In this document: positions 25,306 to 38,873 of the stretch, piece after piece
Numbering within the stretch: the stretch's first letter is position 1
Layout: each line of letters starts with the position of its first letter
DNA from: Lytechinus pictus
Taxonomy: Eukaryota
DNA: 64,000 bases
Assembly (NCBI RefSeq): GCF_037042905.1
Contig: NC_087246.1
Coordinates: 6,760,001-6,824,000, forward strand
Reading direction: 5' to 3'
Notes under the pieces: model-generated
What the model saw: the letters and a program-made list of their open reading frames with translations, nothing else
The model's database searches: none
Told to the model about the DNA's origin: nothing
Translations under genes and position numbers: made by a program

Positions 25306-27560
25306 GATTTATGGATGAGTGTTAAAAAGGATGTTCTCACTTCAAATGAGTTTGAATTGATAATAAGAGGATTATACATATTAAGAGGGCAGATTGAATT
25401 CTTAGTATATTCTGATTGAAAATAAAATCTTCAGAAATTTTCTTTTAGATTATTGATACTATATATACACTGTAGTATAAAATGAAAATACTTTAATGGG
25501 TTACTAGTGTAGGCCTATATATAATTTCATATTTTAGCTACAGTATTTTGTTTGTAATGTTCGCATTGTTTTAACTGTAATTTTAGATTTATTTGTGGAT
25601 TTTGTTTACTGTATATTTTTAGCTTGTGTATGAGAGAACTGTTACTGGGCAAGCCATCACCATTATCACTATACTTCTAATCGTTATTTGTAGTAGTATT
25701 ATAATTTCTGTTTCTGGCCCACATGTACAGTATTTTAACACAATAATTGTTTCAGAACCAAAGGATATCTTGGAACTAAAAACAAATAGGAATTACTGTT
25801 GAAATGGAGATCTGTGGTCCTATGTAGCCTGTATTGTTTGAATTTATGACTTTATACAAATTATGTCAGTGCTTAAAAAATTGAAGGTGAGAAAAAAAAA
25901 TATATTCCTTGAATTCAGTGCTACATATACATGTAAGTGCATGCTAACCAAATCATGGTTTGCTAAAAACTCATGTTTTGACCATCACACAATATATCCT
26001 GGAAAGGAAATTATAAATTTCCCTTCTGCCTCAGACTATGGTTGTTTTTCTTGCTTGGTAGCACTAAATGTAGGGCAAAACACACATTTAGCAATAAAAC
26101 ATGCACTTGCTGGATCCCATAGTATTTACTGCGAGATTTAGATATAGATTCATCTGAACAGGTAGGCCTACAACATGTAAATGTAAATTCATCATATGGA
26201 CAGAAATGCAAGATAGCTATAAAACAAAGACAAAAGTTAAACAAAAAATGGTGGTTTGTTGTTACTATTGATATATGACATACCGGTACTGTACATGTAC
26301 AAGGTTCAGAGAATTAATGTACTGCAAATGCATCTATAGAAACAATATAGCTGCACTGCGGATTCAAGACATTTTCTGTAAACTCTTAGGCACATTGTAC
26401 AGTAGGCCTTTTATTGAAACTACCAAACAAGCACTATTTTCTTAATTGCATGCATTTGATTGGTTTGGATTGGTGAGTAATTAATTTCAAAATGTGAATG
26501 CATCATGATGGGACTTGCATTTCTTAGAGGGTTGTGGGTTTTACATTTATCCTTCAGCAAGAAAGGCGGTCTGAAACCACATATTGATAGATAAGAATTT
26601 GTATGTTATAAAGTGTCATTGTTTGTGTAAATTTATACCTATGTTGTGTGAAAACCCAAACAACAATAAATTGGGGGGGGGGGGGGTGGGTTATTAAGAA
26701 ATCCATTAGTCAACGGGGAAAGTCAAATTTCAAGGAGATAGAGATTGATTTCCAAGGCCTTGTGAATGGTATTGATTTTTGTACTTGCTTATTGAATATC
26801 CCAAGAGGAATTGATACTGATCAAGTTTTGCATGTATTGGGGAGTAGAAAGGGGAGAATCCAGAACAAATCATTAGATGGATGCTGAGAGTTCTATCTTG
26901 TACGCAAAATACAAGAGAGAAGAAATGGCAAGGGAGTGTATTACATTTTTATATAGGGGCCTATTGACTATAAAGTATTATAATATATTTTAAGCTTTAT
27001 AGATGAGGGTTATTATAAACAAAAAAATAATCAGATCTTATTTGAACTCCCAGAGTCACCCTCCTAAAATCTCCAAATACATGTAAAAAGAACATCTCAG
27101 GAGGGTTAGGTGGATGGAAATGAATATGATTGAGGGAATGATAGGCAGAAACCACTGCTTTTGTCCCTGAATTGCCTTTCATGAAAAAAGGTAATATGGC
27201 ACAGCATGATGAATGCAGCGCTTAAGGCAATTATTCCTGGTCGCTGATCTTATTTTTCATGGATACGAATAATTTCTCCCCTTTCGCTGCAGTTCATTTT
27301 TATGTGTGATCGTAGGCCAAGTGCAACTTCTATGTGTGTGGAGTTATCGTCAATTTAGTATAGTGTCTGATGGATATAGAAATTAAAAGAAGGGGGTGAG
27401 AAGGGGTGGTCACATTGGCATGGTACAAGACTCTGTATATCATGGTACTTGATCTACATGTTAGAGCCATATCATCACACACTTTAATTCTATCCTGTTT
27501 CAAAAATTAGATAAGGTAAAGGTCAGGGGGGGGGGGTGGAGGTATATTTGAATCATATTA

Positions 27561-27959
27561 GGCGGTGCTGCACCATCCCGAGTTTGCTCAATCTTGAGAT
27601 TTTAGCCCGATCGGCCCTCTTCGCGATTAATCTCGAGATTCAAGAAACCCCGTCTCCACCATCACATAAAGAGCGATTCCTGCTCGAGCGAGGCATCGAT
27701 GCATTATGGTCTGATGCCGTGAATGAATAATCCCGAGTGCGTCTGCACCTGCGAATTAGCGCGATAATTCGTAAAATAGCGCGCTATTTTGCAAATAATC
27801 CCAAGTTGACTTGAGATTGCAATCTCGAGATTAATCCTACGAACTAGCACGATAATTGCGTCTCCATTGCAAATAATCTCGAGATTGTTCAGATCGGGAT
27901 AATTTGTCGAATCAGAAATAGCGCGCTAATTTGAAAACTCGGGATAGTGCAGACGGCCC
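27561..27959. mobile_element. Harbinger-like MITE family H2, copy 1
   Basis: TIR GGCGGTGCTGCACCATCCCGAGTTT / AAACTCGGGATAGTGCAGACGGCCC; second copy at 57671-58058. Confidence 0.85.
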
Positions 27960-28805
27960 TAATGTCAAGACCTTGAAATTAGAATATCAGTGACCCAAAT
28001 CCCTTTATCACATTATCTACCTTACACTTGAATTGTTATTGCTCTTTTAATACCATAGTCCACTGTCTAATAATCAAGGGTGCTCTTGAGTAAGCCAAGC
28101 CCCAGGATGATACTAAAAACTTATGTTCAGTCTGGGGATAACATACACTGTCATCAGACTTTCTTTGATTAAGGCTATTATTATAGAATGCCACAAATTT
28201 AAGTACTTGGAATGAGGCATTATTACAACACCCTCAGAAATCAATGCTTCCACTGCTTTCATATCCAAGTGGTTTGAAGTTCAAACAGGAGTGATGTGTG
28301 GAGGGACTTTCTGCAGTGACCTCGTTGACCTTTGAAATTGTCCTCACATGCCAAGCTTTTATTGATGTACTCTGATGATGGGGAGTCTGGAAGAAAGTAG
28401 ATCACATCACTGTGTTTTGTATCATGATAGCTCAATGGCTCCCATTGTGTTTTTTTTTTGCCTGTAGAGTCTCTGCTTTTCCTTTTGGTTATTGTTGATT
28501 CGTTTAACGAATTGACCTACAGTGTAAACCCAGTTTTTCATGAAAATAAAGTTTCTAAAGTGCATACCTGCGCTTCATTCAAAATATCGAAATAATAATT
28601 TTGAAATTTGAACATGATTAACTCATAATCATGTTTTGAAGACCAGCTGAGGTTTATGCCAGTTAATAAAAATCACTGATGATATAGAAAGGAGCATAGA
28701 CTGTCATCTTCATAGCACTATTGATTTTCAAAAATGAAATTACTTTTTTAAATAGATTAGATATGTGAATAAAATGGGATAGAGGAGGGAGAAGAAGGGG
28801 TAGAA

Positions 28806-29956
28806 TAACGTTGGGGCCCAGAAGCAAAAATCGGAACTCGGAGCCAAGTACCGCACAACACTGCCGCTGCAGCGCCTAGAAGTCTGGCCTCGCTAGATGC
28901 ATGCTAGCTCCTAGATCTAGGCCCTATTGCACTTTAGCATCCCGCGATGTAAGCGAACGAAGGCCAAGTAAAAAATAATATGTTTCTCGTCCGGGATTTT
29001 TTTTTAAATGGAAAAGAGGGGCTTTTTATTTTTTATTTTTCAAGATGGCGGCCATCTTAGATTTTTGTCAATCCAATATGTTTTCCCAATCACACAAAAC
29101 ATGGAAACAATGGAGACAATGTATGTCACACAAGACCTGAACATATTTACAATGTTTTTAATCACAAAACCCTATCAAGTTAATAGAACATTTGATATAA
29201 AACTGATATAATTGCAGAAAAGTTTCAGAAGTAATCTTTCTAAAAAAAATTCACTGTAAACAGAATATAAAACGTTGAGGGGTTAGATGGGACTCATGCC
29301 ATGAACTGAGGCTAAAATAAATTGAAATTCAGATGTGGTGAGTCTCACCAAATGAGAAAAATGACAGATTTTGATATGGCTCGGCAAGTGTAGATCACAT
29401 CATGCAACTCGCTATCTGGTTTATCCAGAGAGCTGCCGCCGCAGCTGGGTTAGACTGGTAGCTCGTATCGTACATAGGCTTACCTTCGTCGTCTGGTAAT
29501 CTTGACTGAGGGGCTTCCCGACACCTTGGAATTTGTCAGTAGAACTGGCAAATTCTGCGAAAACATCATTCAATTTTGCACATCCATCTATTGATCTGGC
29601 AAACTATGGCTTCAGAACAGTGCACGTTAGGGTCCTAATACTTAAACATACAAATGTCTTGCCCATCCTCCTGTCCTGGTTATTTAACGGCAAACATGAT
29701 CGATCATATTGTGCACAGCGAAGCGGCAGCGGCGCCGGCGCGGCAGCTTCGCAGTGCCGTGCCGCTTGCCTGGGCCAGGGCCTTGCCTGGCGCCGTTACC
29801 AGTACAGATACCGGTAAGTAGCGTGCACATAGGTGGTGTTGTAGCTAGTCGTAGTACGTATCGTACGCTGAATGTTTCCCGACGGACTTCTGGCATTTTT
29901 CAATCCCCCCAACTCGCCGGGTTCCAAGTTCTGGACCTGCTCGGCTCCCAGCATTA
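28806..29956. mobile_element. hAT-like non-autonomous element
   Basis: Termini TAACGTTGGG / CCCAGCATTA; 8-bp TSD GGGTAGAA / GGGCAGAA; splits a purine-rich tract. Confidence 0.6.
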
Positions 29957-30287
29957 GGGCAGAAATACATATAGGCGCGAAACAAGGGGAGAGGGGAAAG
30001 GAGAGGGAAGCAATACACGAAGTAGAATGGGAAGAATGATGTGAAGGGGAAAGTCTCCTAAGGTTTTTTTTTGCTCCAGAAGTCAGCTCAGAGAAGAAGA
30101 CCCTTTTAATTGTGTATTGTCTATTTGGATGGTACATGTATGTCCTGTTCAACAGATCAGGGCTTCATGGTGAAAGCTTTGATCCCAGGCACTTTCGTTT
30201 CTGCAAAGCATCACACACACTCTGCCTAGAAAATTGCAGCAGAGGTGGAACTGGTCAAGTGCACGGTGGTACTTGTACTGCATCCAT

Positions 30288-30750
30288 GACACCGTTCTCA
30301 TTATACTTTCTAAAACTGGCTTACTGGAAACTGGTTCAGGAAACCAAGTTGGAAGATCGCTTTGCTAGCATTCCAATTTGTTCACCCGAAAGTGGTTTTC
30401 AAAACCACTTAACGTAAAGCGGTCTTATTGCTGTAGGAACACTCTCAGTGGGGTGACATGTTTCACACTAAATTTGAAACTGCAGCATAGGCATTCCACA
30501 TACAGTGTGTGGAGTAGCACGCTTGAAATGTATGAAGATCACTTCCTGAAGAACAGCTGTGTCCTCACGCTAAAACCAATTTAACGAGGCAAAGCGATGT
30601 TCAAAACTACATCGCTAGGTGGTTTTCTGAACCGGTTTGGAAGATCGCTTCCAAGACCGCTTCGACCGTTCTCATTACATGTTAAACTCGTTTCTACTAC
30701 TAAACTAGTTTCCAGTTAACTAGTTTTAGGGCGGTAGTGAGAACGGTGTC
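30288..30750. mobile_element. Harbinger-like MITE family H3, copy A (463 bp), nested in RTE
   Basis: TIR GACACCGTTCTCA / TGAGAACGGTGTC; 3-bp TSD CAT. Confidence 0.85.
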
Positions 30751-31054
30751 CATATCTGTGTAGAGCAGGGAGGTGATGGCAATGACCCTGTAGATTGGAG
30801 AGGCTAATGTCTTGTTCACTTCAAATATATGTTCGTATCCTGCCAAATGATTTTCCTGCTATCGCAAGCCTGTTGCAGACTCCAGTGTCCATGCTGCAGT
30901 TTAAAGTCTAGCAGCTTCCAAGGTAGATTTCCATGTTCAGTTATGTGCCCTATCTCAATCTGAGGCTCATTAGTTGACAAGCCAGATGCTGGCTTAGATA
31001 TCACCCCTGACTTTGACTGGTAGATGGTCAGTCTGGAGGCCTTTGCCACCTGTG

Positions 31055-31783
31055 TAGCCTATAATCTAGGCGGAGGCTGCAGTTATTGTCTTTCCTGTTA
31101 TGCTGAACGCAAGAGATACGGCTGATCTGGTGAAGACTACGCATTCGTGGATGCAAAGCACCCACCGCCTATACACTCCCGTCTGCCCAATCAATATTCA
31201 TGTATTCATCTCGTCGTTTGACGTGTTGTGGTACCGGGATCCGTACCGGTACCTGTATTGCTGTCGTGTGCCAACGACTTGAGATCATAAAAGCGAAGAT
31301 ATTATCGTTACACAGACGGATTGCCTGGTAGATTTCGCTTTTCCACATCCCTCCCGTCGTCAATAATGCTACGAATGGCAGATTCATAAAGGTCTTGGAA
31401 TTTTCCACTAGGAATGCAGAGTTTATCGGCAGAATAATCCAAACTCTCGCAGAAGTTTCTCGTGTGTGCTTGTACTCGCCATTGTGGATGAAGAAAGTGA
31501 CGTCATGTCACATGACTTATGCATTACCTTCTTCTTTCCAACGTATTTCTGATTGGTCTGATTTATTTCTTTTCATACATATGCATGAGAATTTTTTCGT
31601 ACGAAAAACTGGCGTCATTTCAAAGTCGATAATAAAAAACCAACATCCAAAGCAAGACAGAAATATATAGGCGGTGGATGCTTCGCATCCACAATGTGTA
31701 GTCTTTGCCAGATCAGACGTATCGCTTGCGTTCAGCTTAACAGCAAAGACAATAACTGCAGCCTCCGCCTAAATTATAGGCTA
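31055..31783. mobile_element. Long-TIR non-autonomous element with 9-bp TSD (AcademH- or MULE-like), nested in RTE
   Basis: ~118-bp TIRs beginning TAGCCTATAAT; TSD CCACCTGTG on both sides. Confidence 0.85.
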
Positions 31784-32136
31784 CCACCTGTGAGACTTGA
31801 CTTATTGCAAAATTGTCTGAAAATAGTCTCTTTAATACCAGGGCCTCAAGTATTTTCTTGTTACCTTCAGACGCAGGAGGTCAAAGAATAAGTCAAACAT
31901 GCCTGTAGCAAACAGTTATTCCAGCATCAGACTTTGACGAAGAACAGATTAACATGGCTAAAAACAGGTTGAAGAGTATGGGAGACATCACACAGCCTTG
32001 CTTCATGCCATGGGAGACTGAAAGATCAGAGACATCACCTTTTTCACAATCTGAGCAATCATTCTGTTGTGTGGTGAATTGATGGATAAAGGACGATGTT
32101 ATCTGCTCAAATATAATACTCTGTTAGATCTATCTC

Positions 32137-32543
32137 AATATCGTTTCACACTAGATAATTGTCTGGAGCGAACACGGCTTGAAATTCCTTATCAAAACAC
32201 GAGGCACCGCCATCTGCGGTATTCGCAAGGTACATTGTCTCCCTCTGGACTCGCATATTGTGTTGTCATGGCAAAATGTCAATCAAGGGATAAAGCGCCC
32301 GCTGCACAACGATCGAGGCCATGTGTCGACTTCCATTTTCTATGCTGAGTTTACGCCGAGACCGTTTAGATTTACAGTCCAACGGTGGATCACGCCGCTT
32401 GATCTTGCCATTGTGCTAGACAGTCTAGGGTGTATTTTCCCTCTCGATAACCTCAGATTTGTGCTTTCGAGATTGTCAGATCTAACGACCTGCGGTAACC
32501 TCTGGAGACACTCCAGATTTTTGGCAGATCTAAACGGGGTATT
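32137..32543. mobile_element. CpG-rich Harbinger-like MITE, imperfect TIRs
   Basis: AATATCGTTTCACACT...AGATCTAAACGGGGTATT; TSD not clean. Confidence 0.45.
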
Positions 32544-33914
32544 AATTTAAAGATAACTGGAACTTTAGGTCTTTTAAAGTCTTCAGATTCTTGCATTGAA
32601 GTTTTTTTATATGATGCTTTGATTTAATTGTTTCTCAAGTTTAAAAGAGTCTAATGTAAATCTTCCCAAGCCTTGATTATTCCATGCCTCCCCCATCACC
32701 ATCATTTATTTATAAAGTACCTCTATCTCATCATGCACGACATCAACCAGTACTTCATCATTGAATTTGGCGTACAGTGCTTGATTGCAAGACATGTAAT
32801 CCCTGTTGGGCTTGTAAACGGCAATAGCCACAATGTGGCTACGGACATGCCATGAAAAGCCTCATGGACCACAGAGTGAGCCCAAAATCATGTTGAAAAA
32901 AATCAAGATTGCATTATATCACATGAATGATTTGATTTATGAGTGAGTATATGGAGAGATCACGTTTAGCTGAGGCATTATTGGTACATTGTATAGAGGG
33001 ATGATATTGCTGTGATCAAATTAATACTTTGGCTCTTCCATATTTTTATGTACAATAATTCTAATTTGACATTAAAAAAATGAATTTGTCCAAGATTTAT
33101 CATATTTCCTAGCCAGTGGTCAGGATATGGATTGATTTATAATTTGTTCTGGACTGGCTGACAACAAGTTCACGTTTGAATTTAAAGCAAATCACTTGCC
33201 AGCATGTACTTACTGTATTACATACATGTAGGCCTACATGAATGCAGTTATTTCATGTAGATTTCAGACAAACAAAAGTCTGCTACTTTGTGGAGTGGGC
33301 GAAAGTATCAAACTTCTCAACCTGTAACAATGAAATAGAGCGTTGTCTTCAAAGAAGATAAAAACCATCAAATTGAAAAAAGACTGTTTTATGAATACGG
33401 TTGCACATGTTCATATACCGTAGTCTACAATAAAAGAATATTGTGTAGTGAATAATGTAAATGTACATGTACATGTAGTCTACCATTCAACTTGATAATA
33501 CTTACTTTGCATCTTAATTGAATGTGTCAAAAGGCATGAAGTGTACCACTTGAACAAGATGCAAGCATTAAAGTTGTGCAGTGATTTTCATGTTGTATTG
33601 ATAATCAACCACAGGGCATGTTCCTTCGGAAGTAGCCCTGTGGCAATGTGAATGGCTCTATAATGAGGTAATGTAAATCATCTTGGCAACGATCAATAAC
33701 TGGTTGACTCATGAAGCCTACACCTCCAGGGCAATCTTTACTGCCAAGGAAACCATCTAGACAGGCCTGGCTGAATGCTAAATATTCAAAGTAGACAAGG
33801 CAGTTGTTTGGAGTGACTCTTTCTGATACAATGATATAGCAGAAAGGTAGACTTGTAGGGTCACAACCTGGACAGCTGAAACTCAAGTGGAATGGATGGG
33901 AGTATTATTGCTTG

Positions 33915-34066
33915 TCATGATGATGTTGAAGCTGACATTGATGAAGAGTTATGATAAAAATGATGATGCTGATGTCAATGATGATGGCCGTTATGATGAT
34001 GGGATATTGGTGATGATGAGGCCATCGTTATGTGACGATGCCATCATAAAGATGATCTTTTGATGA
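33915..34066. repeat. Degenerate (GAT)n microsatellite
   Basis: Runs of TGATGATG with substitutions. Confidence 0.7.
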
Positions 34067-34193
34067 AGAAAATTATGATATTGATAGATTGTAGTGGAGT
34101 GCTTTTGAAAAGAATAGTTTTTTCATCACAAAGCTCTACCAATTTTCAAATAGGACCTTCCTGTGCCCCCTTCATTTTGTCTAGGCCTATAAG

Positions 34194-34663
34194 CCTGGGG
34201 GGAGGGAGGGGGGGGGGGCACACAAGTTATATTTTGATTGGGGTATGCCTCACGAAACCCTGAAATGGGGGTCTAAGGAACTGACCACAAGGGTAAAATA
34301 TGGGCGGTGTGGAAAACGGTCTACGGAACAGGGTCACGGTACAGTAGGTACATATATGGTGTACGCTATCGCTGTGCATGTATATATATGGGCGCTAGTG
34401 GTGCATGGAGCTCCTAGCGCAGGAAGTTGTGAAGCCGTGCGTGCAGCTCTGTATGTGGTGCTAGCGCTGGACAATTTTGACAGGCTTAGGGAACTGAAAT
34501 ATTTCGTAACGGGGGTCTTGTGAGCGGGGCTCGGCTTCTTCTGAATGGAACTTTTGTCATTCGGAGTATCTAGATAACTGAAAATTAGGTCTGAAAAAGG
34601 GGGTCATCAAAGCGGCACGTCCCCGTACCACCAATATATGTGAGTGCCCTCCCCCCTCCTGGG
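34194..34663. mobile_element. Unclassified DNA element with CC-poly-G termini and 8-10 bp TSD
   Basis: CCTGGGGG...CCCTCCTGGG flanked on both sides by CCTATAAG. Confidence 0.75.
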
Positions 34664-35502
34664 CCTATAAGTATAACATGCCTAATATTCTGAGCTGCGA
34701 GGTTGTATGCATACCGTATATTCAATCACCTCATAAATGACCACCTGTATATAAACACTATATATTAAATCTTGGATCTTCCTTGAGTGTTTCTTTTCCT
34801 AAGTTTCATTACTAGCTTCTTGTATTGAATTACCTGGTGTACTTCTTCCAAAGGTTGAACAGGTCTATTACACCGAGTTACACTGTACGTGCCAATATAC
34901 CAGAGTCAATAGGGTGCATGATGGGGGAGGGCATGTATACCAAACACACCAAATTCTTCCATTGGCCAGCTTAGGCACGTAGTAGTATTTCACCACCTGA
35001 TTTGGTATCTTTGGATCTTGGTATGGATTACTGAACCTTATTTGCAGAACCTCTTGAAATATAAGGACAGGATCACATAGTGGATAGTTTGTAAACACGA
35101 CCCTTTTTGAGTTTGGTTAGTTTACTGCACTTGGGTTCCATACTTCCATTATTGCCTATTGGTTTACCATCATTGAATGTAAATTATCTTTTCAAAAGCT
35201 TCTTTTCTTATGACTAGATCTAAAAGACCTACAATAAATGTACTTTTAAAGTTGGGTTGTGCTGAATCCAATGCTACATGTACATGTACGTGTAGATCAT
35301 CTGAACATCTTTTATTCTCAAGAATATTGGTTTCTCAGCTCCAGTCTTCAGTATTTAATAATGTACTCCATCTATTTTGATCATGGTATCAAATGTAATT
35401 AATGCATGGGGCTCTAATAAATCTTACAATTTCATTGCTCCCATATTCATCTGAAAACCTTTAAGAAACTTCTTGAGCCGAAGCAGAGCCTGACATGAGA
35501 AT

Positions 35503-36371
35503 AGGTGGTTTCAAACCGCCTCGATCACAAGAATCCCCGTTAAATTACGAAAACATTTACATGCTCAAAAATACCAGATAATTAATCCATCATTCAGACC
35601 GCCCCGAAACACACTCTTTGGGGAAATTTCTCGAAGTTATGAGCATGCTCAGTACTGTCTGGTAGCAGACGAAGAAGCCACGCTTTTAGCGGTACGATCG
35701 GGGGACGGCCGGGGAGGGAAATCCACCTGCGGCCGGCCTAGCTCTAGCACGTACAAACTATACTCGATCGTATGCGCAAATCATTTGTTCCCTTGATCAT
35801 CTGCAATTGCACTAGATTTCTCTCCACATTGAAATTAAGGCCTTGGTGGCCTCCTCGCTCCAGTGCGATGTCATCTGGTATGAAAATTTAGAATACCGGT
35901 AAATATCACCCTTAATTCATAAAACTATCTTTTTAAGAAGAAGAATCAACCGCCTAGTCAAAGTCGAACCCCGAGTCGCGTCGCATGAAAAGTGTAAGTA
36001 TGTTTATCGCTGCATGCACTGGCGCTTGCTTGCTCGCTCGGTAGGCCTCGCATCAGCTAGCCTCGCATATCCATGCATATCGAACAGCGCGGGCTATGAA
36101 CCGGAAATTTACTTATCGCGGTGATCGATGGGATACAAGTTCTCGTAGTTTGCTTTCAGATTCCCAAAATACCCACGACCTTGGAAAAATCCCAGCAAAA
36201 GTTCTCGTAATTTTGCCAAGTACCTACTATTTAGCGGGTGTTTTCTTTCGGGGATATTACGCTTAGTTTGCTTTCACTTTACCAAAATAACTGGTATTTT
36301 CTGATCGGGGTAAATTTCCCGATCAGAGAATACCTGGAACTGACGAACTTCGAGGCGGTCTGAAACCACCT
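35503..36371. mobile_element. Harbinger family H1, long form (869 bp), inverted relative to the short copies
   Basis: Same TIRs as 15019; 3-bp TSD AAT; ~400 bp of extra interior with a Myb/SANT-like peptide. Confidence 0.85.
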
Positions 36372-36523
36372 AATGTGAGATGAGTTGGCCGTTGAGGATT
36401 GGACGGAAATGGGATTCAGAGCCCTGCCTCTAGGCTCCAATGGATGTTCCCTGATATCCCAGGCAGTTTCTCATCAGTGAGAATGTGCTCAATCTGGAGA
36501 TTTTATCCTGATCAGCCCTCTGT

Positions 36524-36999
36524 AGGTGGTTTCAAACCGCCTCGATCACAAGAATCCCCGTTAAATTACGAGAACATTTACATGCTCAAAAATACCAGAT
36601 AATTATTTTGCATTCAGACCGCCCCGAAACACACTCTTTGGGAAAATTTCTTGAAGTTATGAGCATGCGCAGTACTGTCTGGTAGCAGACGAAGAAGCGC
36701 GCGCTTTTAGCGGTATGATCGGGGGACGGCCGGGGGGAGGGAAATCCACCTGCGGCCGGCCTAGCTCTAGCACGTACAAACTATACTCGATCGTATGCGC
36801 AAATCATTTGTTCCCTTGATCATCTGCAATTGCACTAGATTCTCTCCACATTGAAATTAAGGCCTTGGTGGCCTCCTCGCTCCAGTGCGATGTCATCTGG
36901 TATGAAAATTTAGAATACCGGTAAATATCACCCTTAATTCGTAAAACTATCTTTTTAAGAAGAAGAATCAACCGCCTAGTCAAAGTCGAACCCCGAGTC
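36524..36999. mobile_element. Truncated near-identical copy of the H1 long form
   Basis: Colinear with 35503-35977, ~1 kb downstream; only one TIR. Confidence 0.85.
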
Positions 37000-38873
37000 A
37001 TTTGCATCAATTTTATAAAGATTTTATTTGATTTGCAAAGGTTGTTGTTTTTATTTCTGTAAGATAAAAAATATCATACAATTTTACAAATAAAAATGTA
37101 CAGTATATACAAGCAAGATAAAATTACGGCTGGTAGCCCATGTTTGGCTGCAATTATAATTGTTGCTGCTGGTCTTCCATGGGGCCAGTGCAATGTAAGA
37201 CAATATGACAAATCATAACATGAAATATGATATATGCGGTATTTATTTTAAAAAAAGTCATGGTATCTTTAAATTATATCAGGTTGAATTCACATAATAA
37301 TATGATATAATACAAAACATAGTCAATGTATTTTTCATAACTTGGCTGGTACATGTAATACAAGGGCATTACAATTTTGGGACAACTATTTCTGTTGGTA
37401 TTAACTCTGGTGCACACTGTACATTTCACATTACTAGTAGTGGGCTTGAGCTAACATCCTTATGCCAGCCGCACAGAATTGAAATCTCTGCACATGCACA
37501 TCTTGCCACGCTTCTATGTGTAGTTGTCGATTTTGGAAATAAATATAGTTTGAGTGAAAAATAAACCCTGGTGGATTCAAGTTGTGTTATGAAAGGCAAA
37601 TTTAGCTACCGTACTAAAATTCAATATATCCTATGGGGAAGCATAGGATAGGTCTCGTGTTTACATCTACAGTTTTACATTGGATGGCTGATTTAGTTCT
37701 GAGCTAGAAACTAAACCAAATCAGACAAATCATTTCATTATTTATGACACATCAAAGTCATAAAAATCCCAATGACATTATCGAGAGTTAAGTAGATTTT
37801 TAAAAATTTGAATTCTTGAAGTCAATGGAATTTCTCTCGAGAGTTGAATAGTCTTATTTGTCTGATTCTGATCCTCTATATTTTCTTTTGATAAGCCCTC
37901 AAATTAAATTCTTTCGTCAGTTATGTTAGCTAACAATAGAGTAAAAGCTATATAGAGGATCAGTGCATGTAAGGTGAGTGCACAGAGCTCTTAAAAATCC
38001 TCATCTTTCCTTTCAAAATAAGCCAAAGCAGCTCCAATAGAGTCCAATCGCCATCAATTACATTGATCTGGGCCCATTACCCCTGCTCTTTTGTTCACTC
38101 CAAGCCACTATTCAATCCCACTAAATCTTGCTCCATGAGAAGAATAGGGAAAGGAGTGAGGAATGAAAAGGGTGAATAACTCCTAGTGTGTGACACCTTA
38201 ATGCTTACATGTTAGAGCCTGACTTTTGCTTGTGTGAATGGGGAGGGGCCAGACCAAGATGTTATTCAATTTAAAAAGCAGACTGTCTGCATTTAGATTC
38301 TGATTTACACACAGGTGAATGACTGATCACAAGACATGGTTGTAGCACTGCATGTTAAGCACTTGTTTTGTGTTTGTGTGAATGACTTAATAAAGGAGCA
38401 GGTCAAGTCAACAGTGTAAATTCAAGCATCTGAAATATACTAGTGAGAATAGGCCATATATGTACAACAGTGTTTTACTTTTATTTTAAGAAATTGAATA
38501 GTAGATTGATTCTTTCTTGCTTTGTACTAATCTGAAAGATTGAATAACTGTTGTTAATCTCTCGTCCTCTAATCCAGGCCTCTACAAAAAAAAATTTCAT
38601 CACTTGCCCGACAGGGCAAGTGAAGAAAATATTTGCTTGCCCGATAGAAAAAACTGCTTGCCCAATTTGTTTTTTATTTTCTTTCATTTTTTTTTTTAGA
38701 CGGTACTATTATTTTTGAAGGTCATACAAAATAAAAGCAATTGAGAATCATGTACAGTAAAGAACACACATAAGTTTATTTTCAGCAAAGTAGGCCTGAG
38801 TCATTACGTTTATTTTGAAGAAAAAAAACTTTCGCTATAAATGGGCGTTTAAGGTTTAAAAAAAAACCTTCAC

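Larger units (their letters stand above)
30062..32071 (-). mobile_element. Decayed RTE-clade LINE reverse-transcriptase region, interrupted by two MITEs
   Basis: Minus-strand motifs in RTE order: GMKQGCVMSPILFNLF, LFDLLRLK..LFSDN (degenerate FADD), AKASRLTI..EPQI, YLGS, NRLAIAGKSFGRIR, LDQFHL, GH..KRVFFSEL. Confidence 0.85.
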
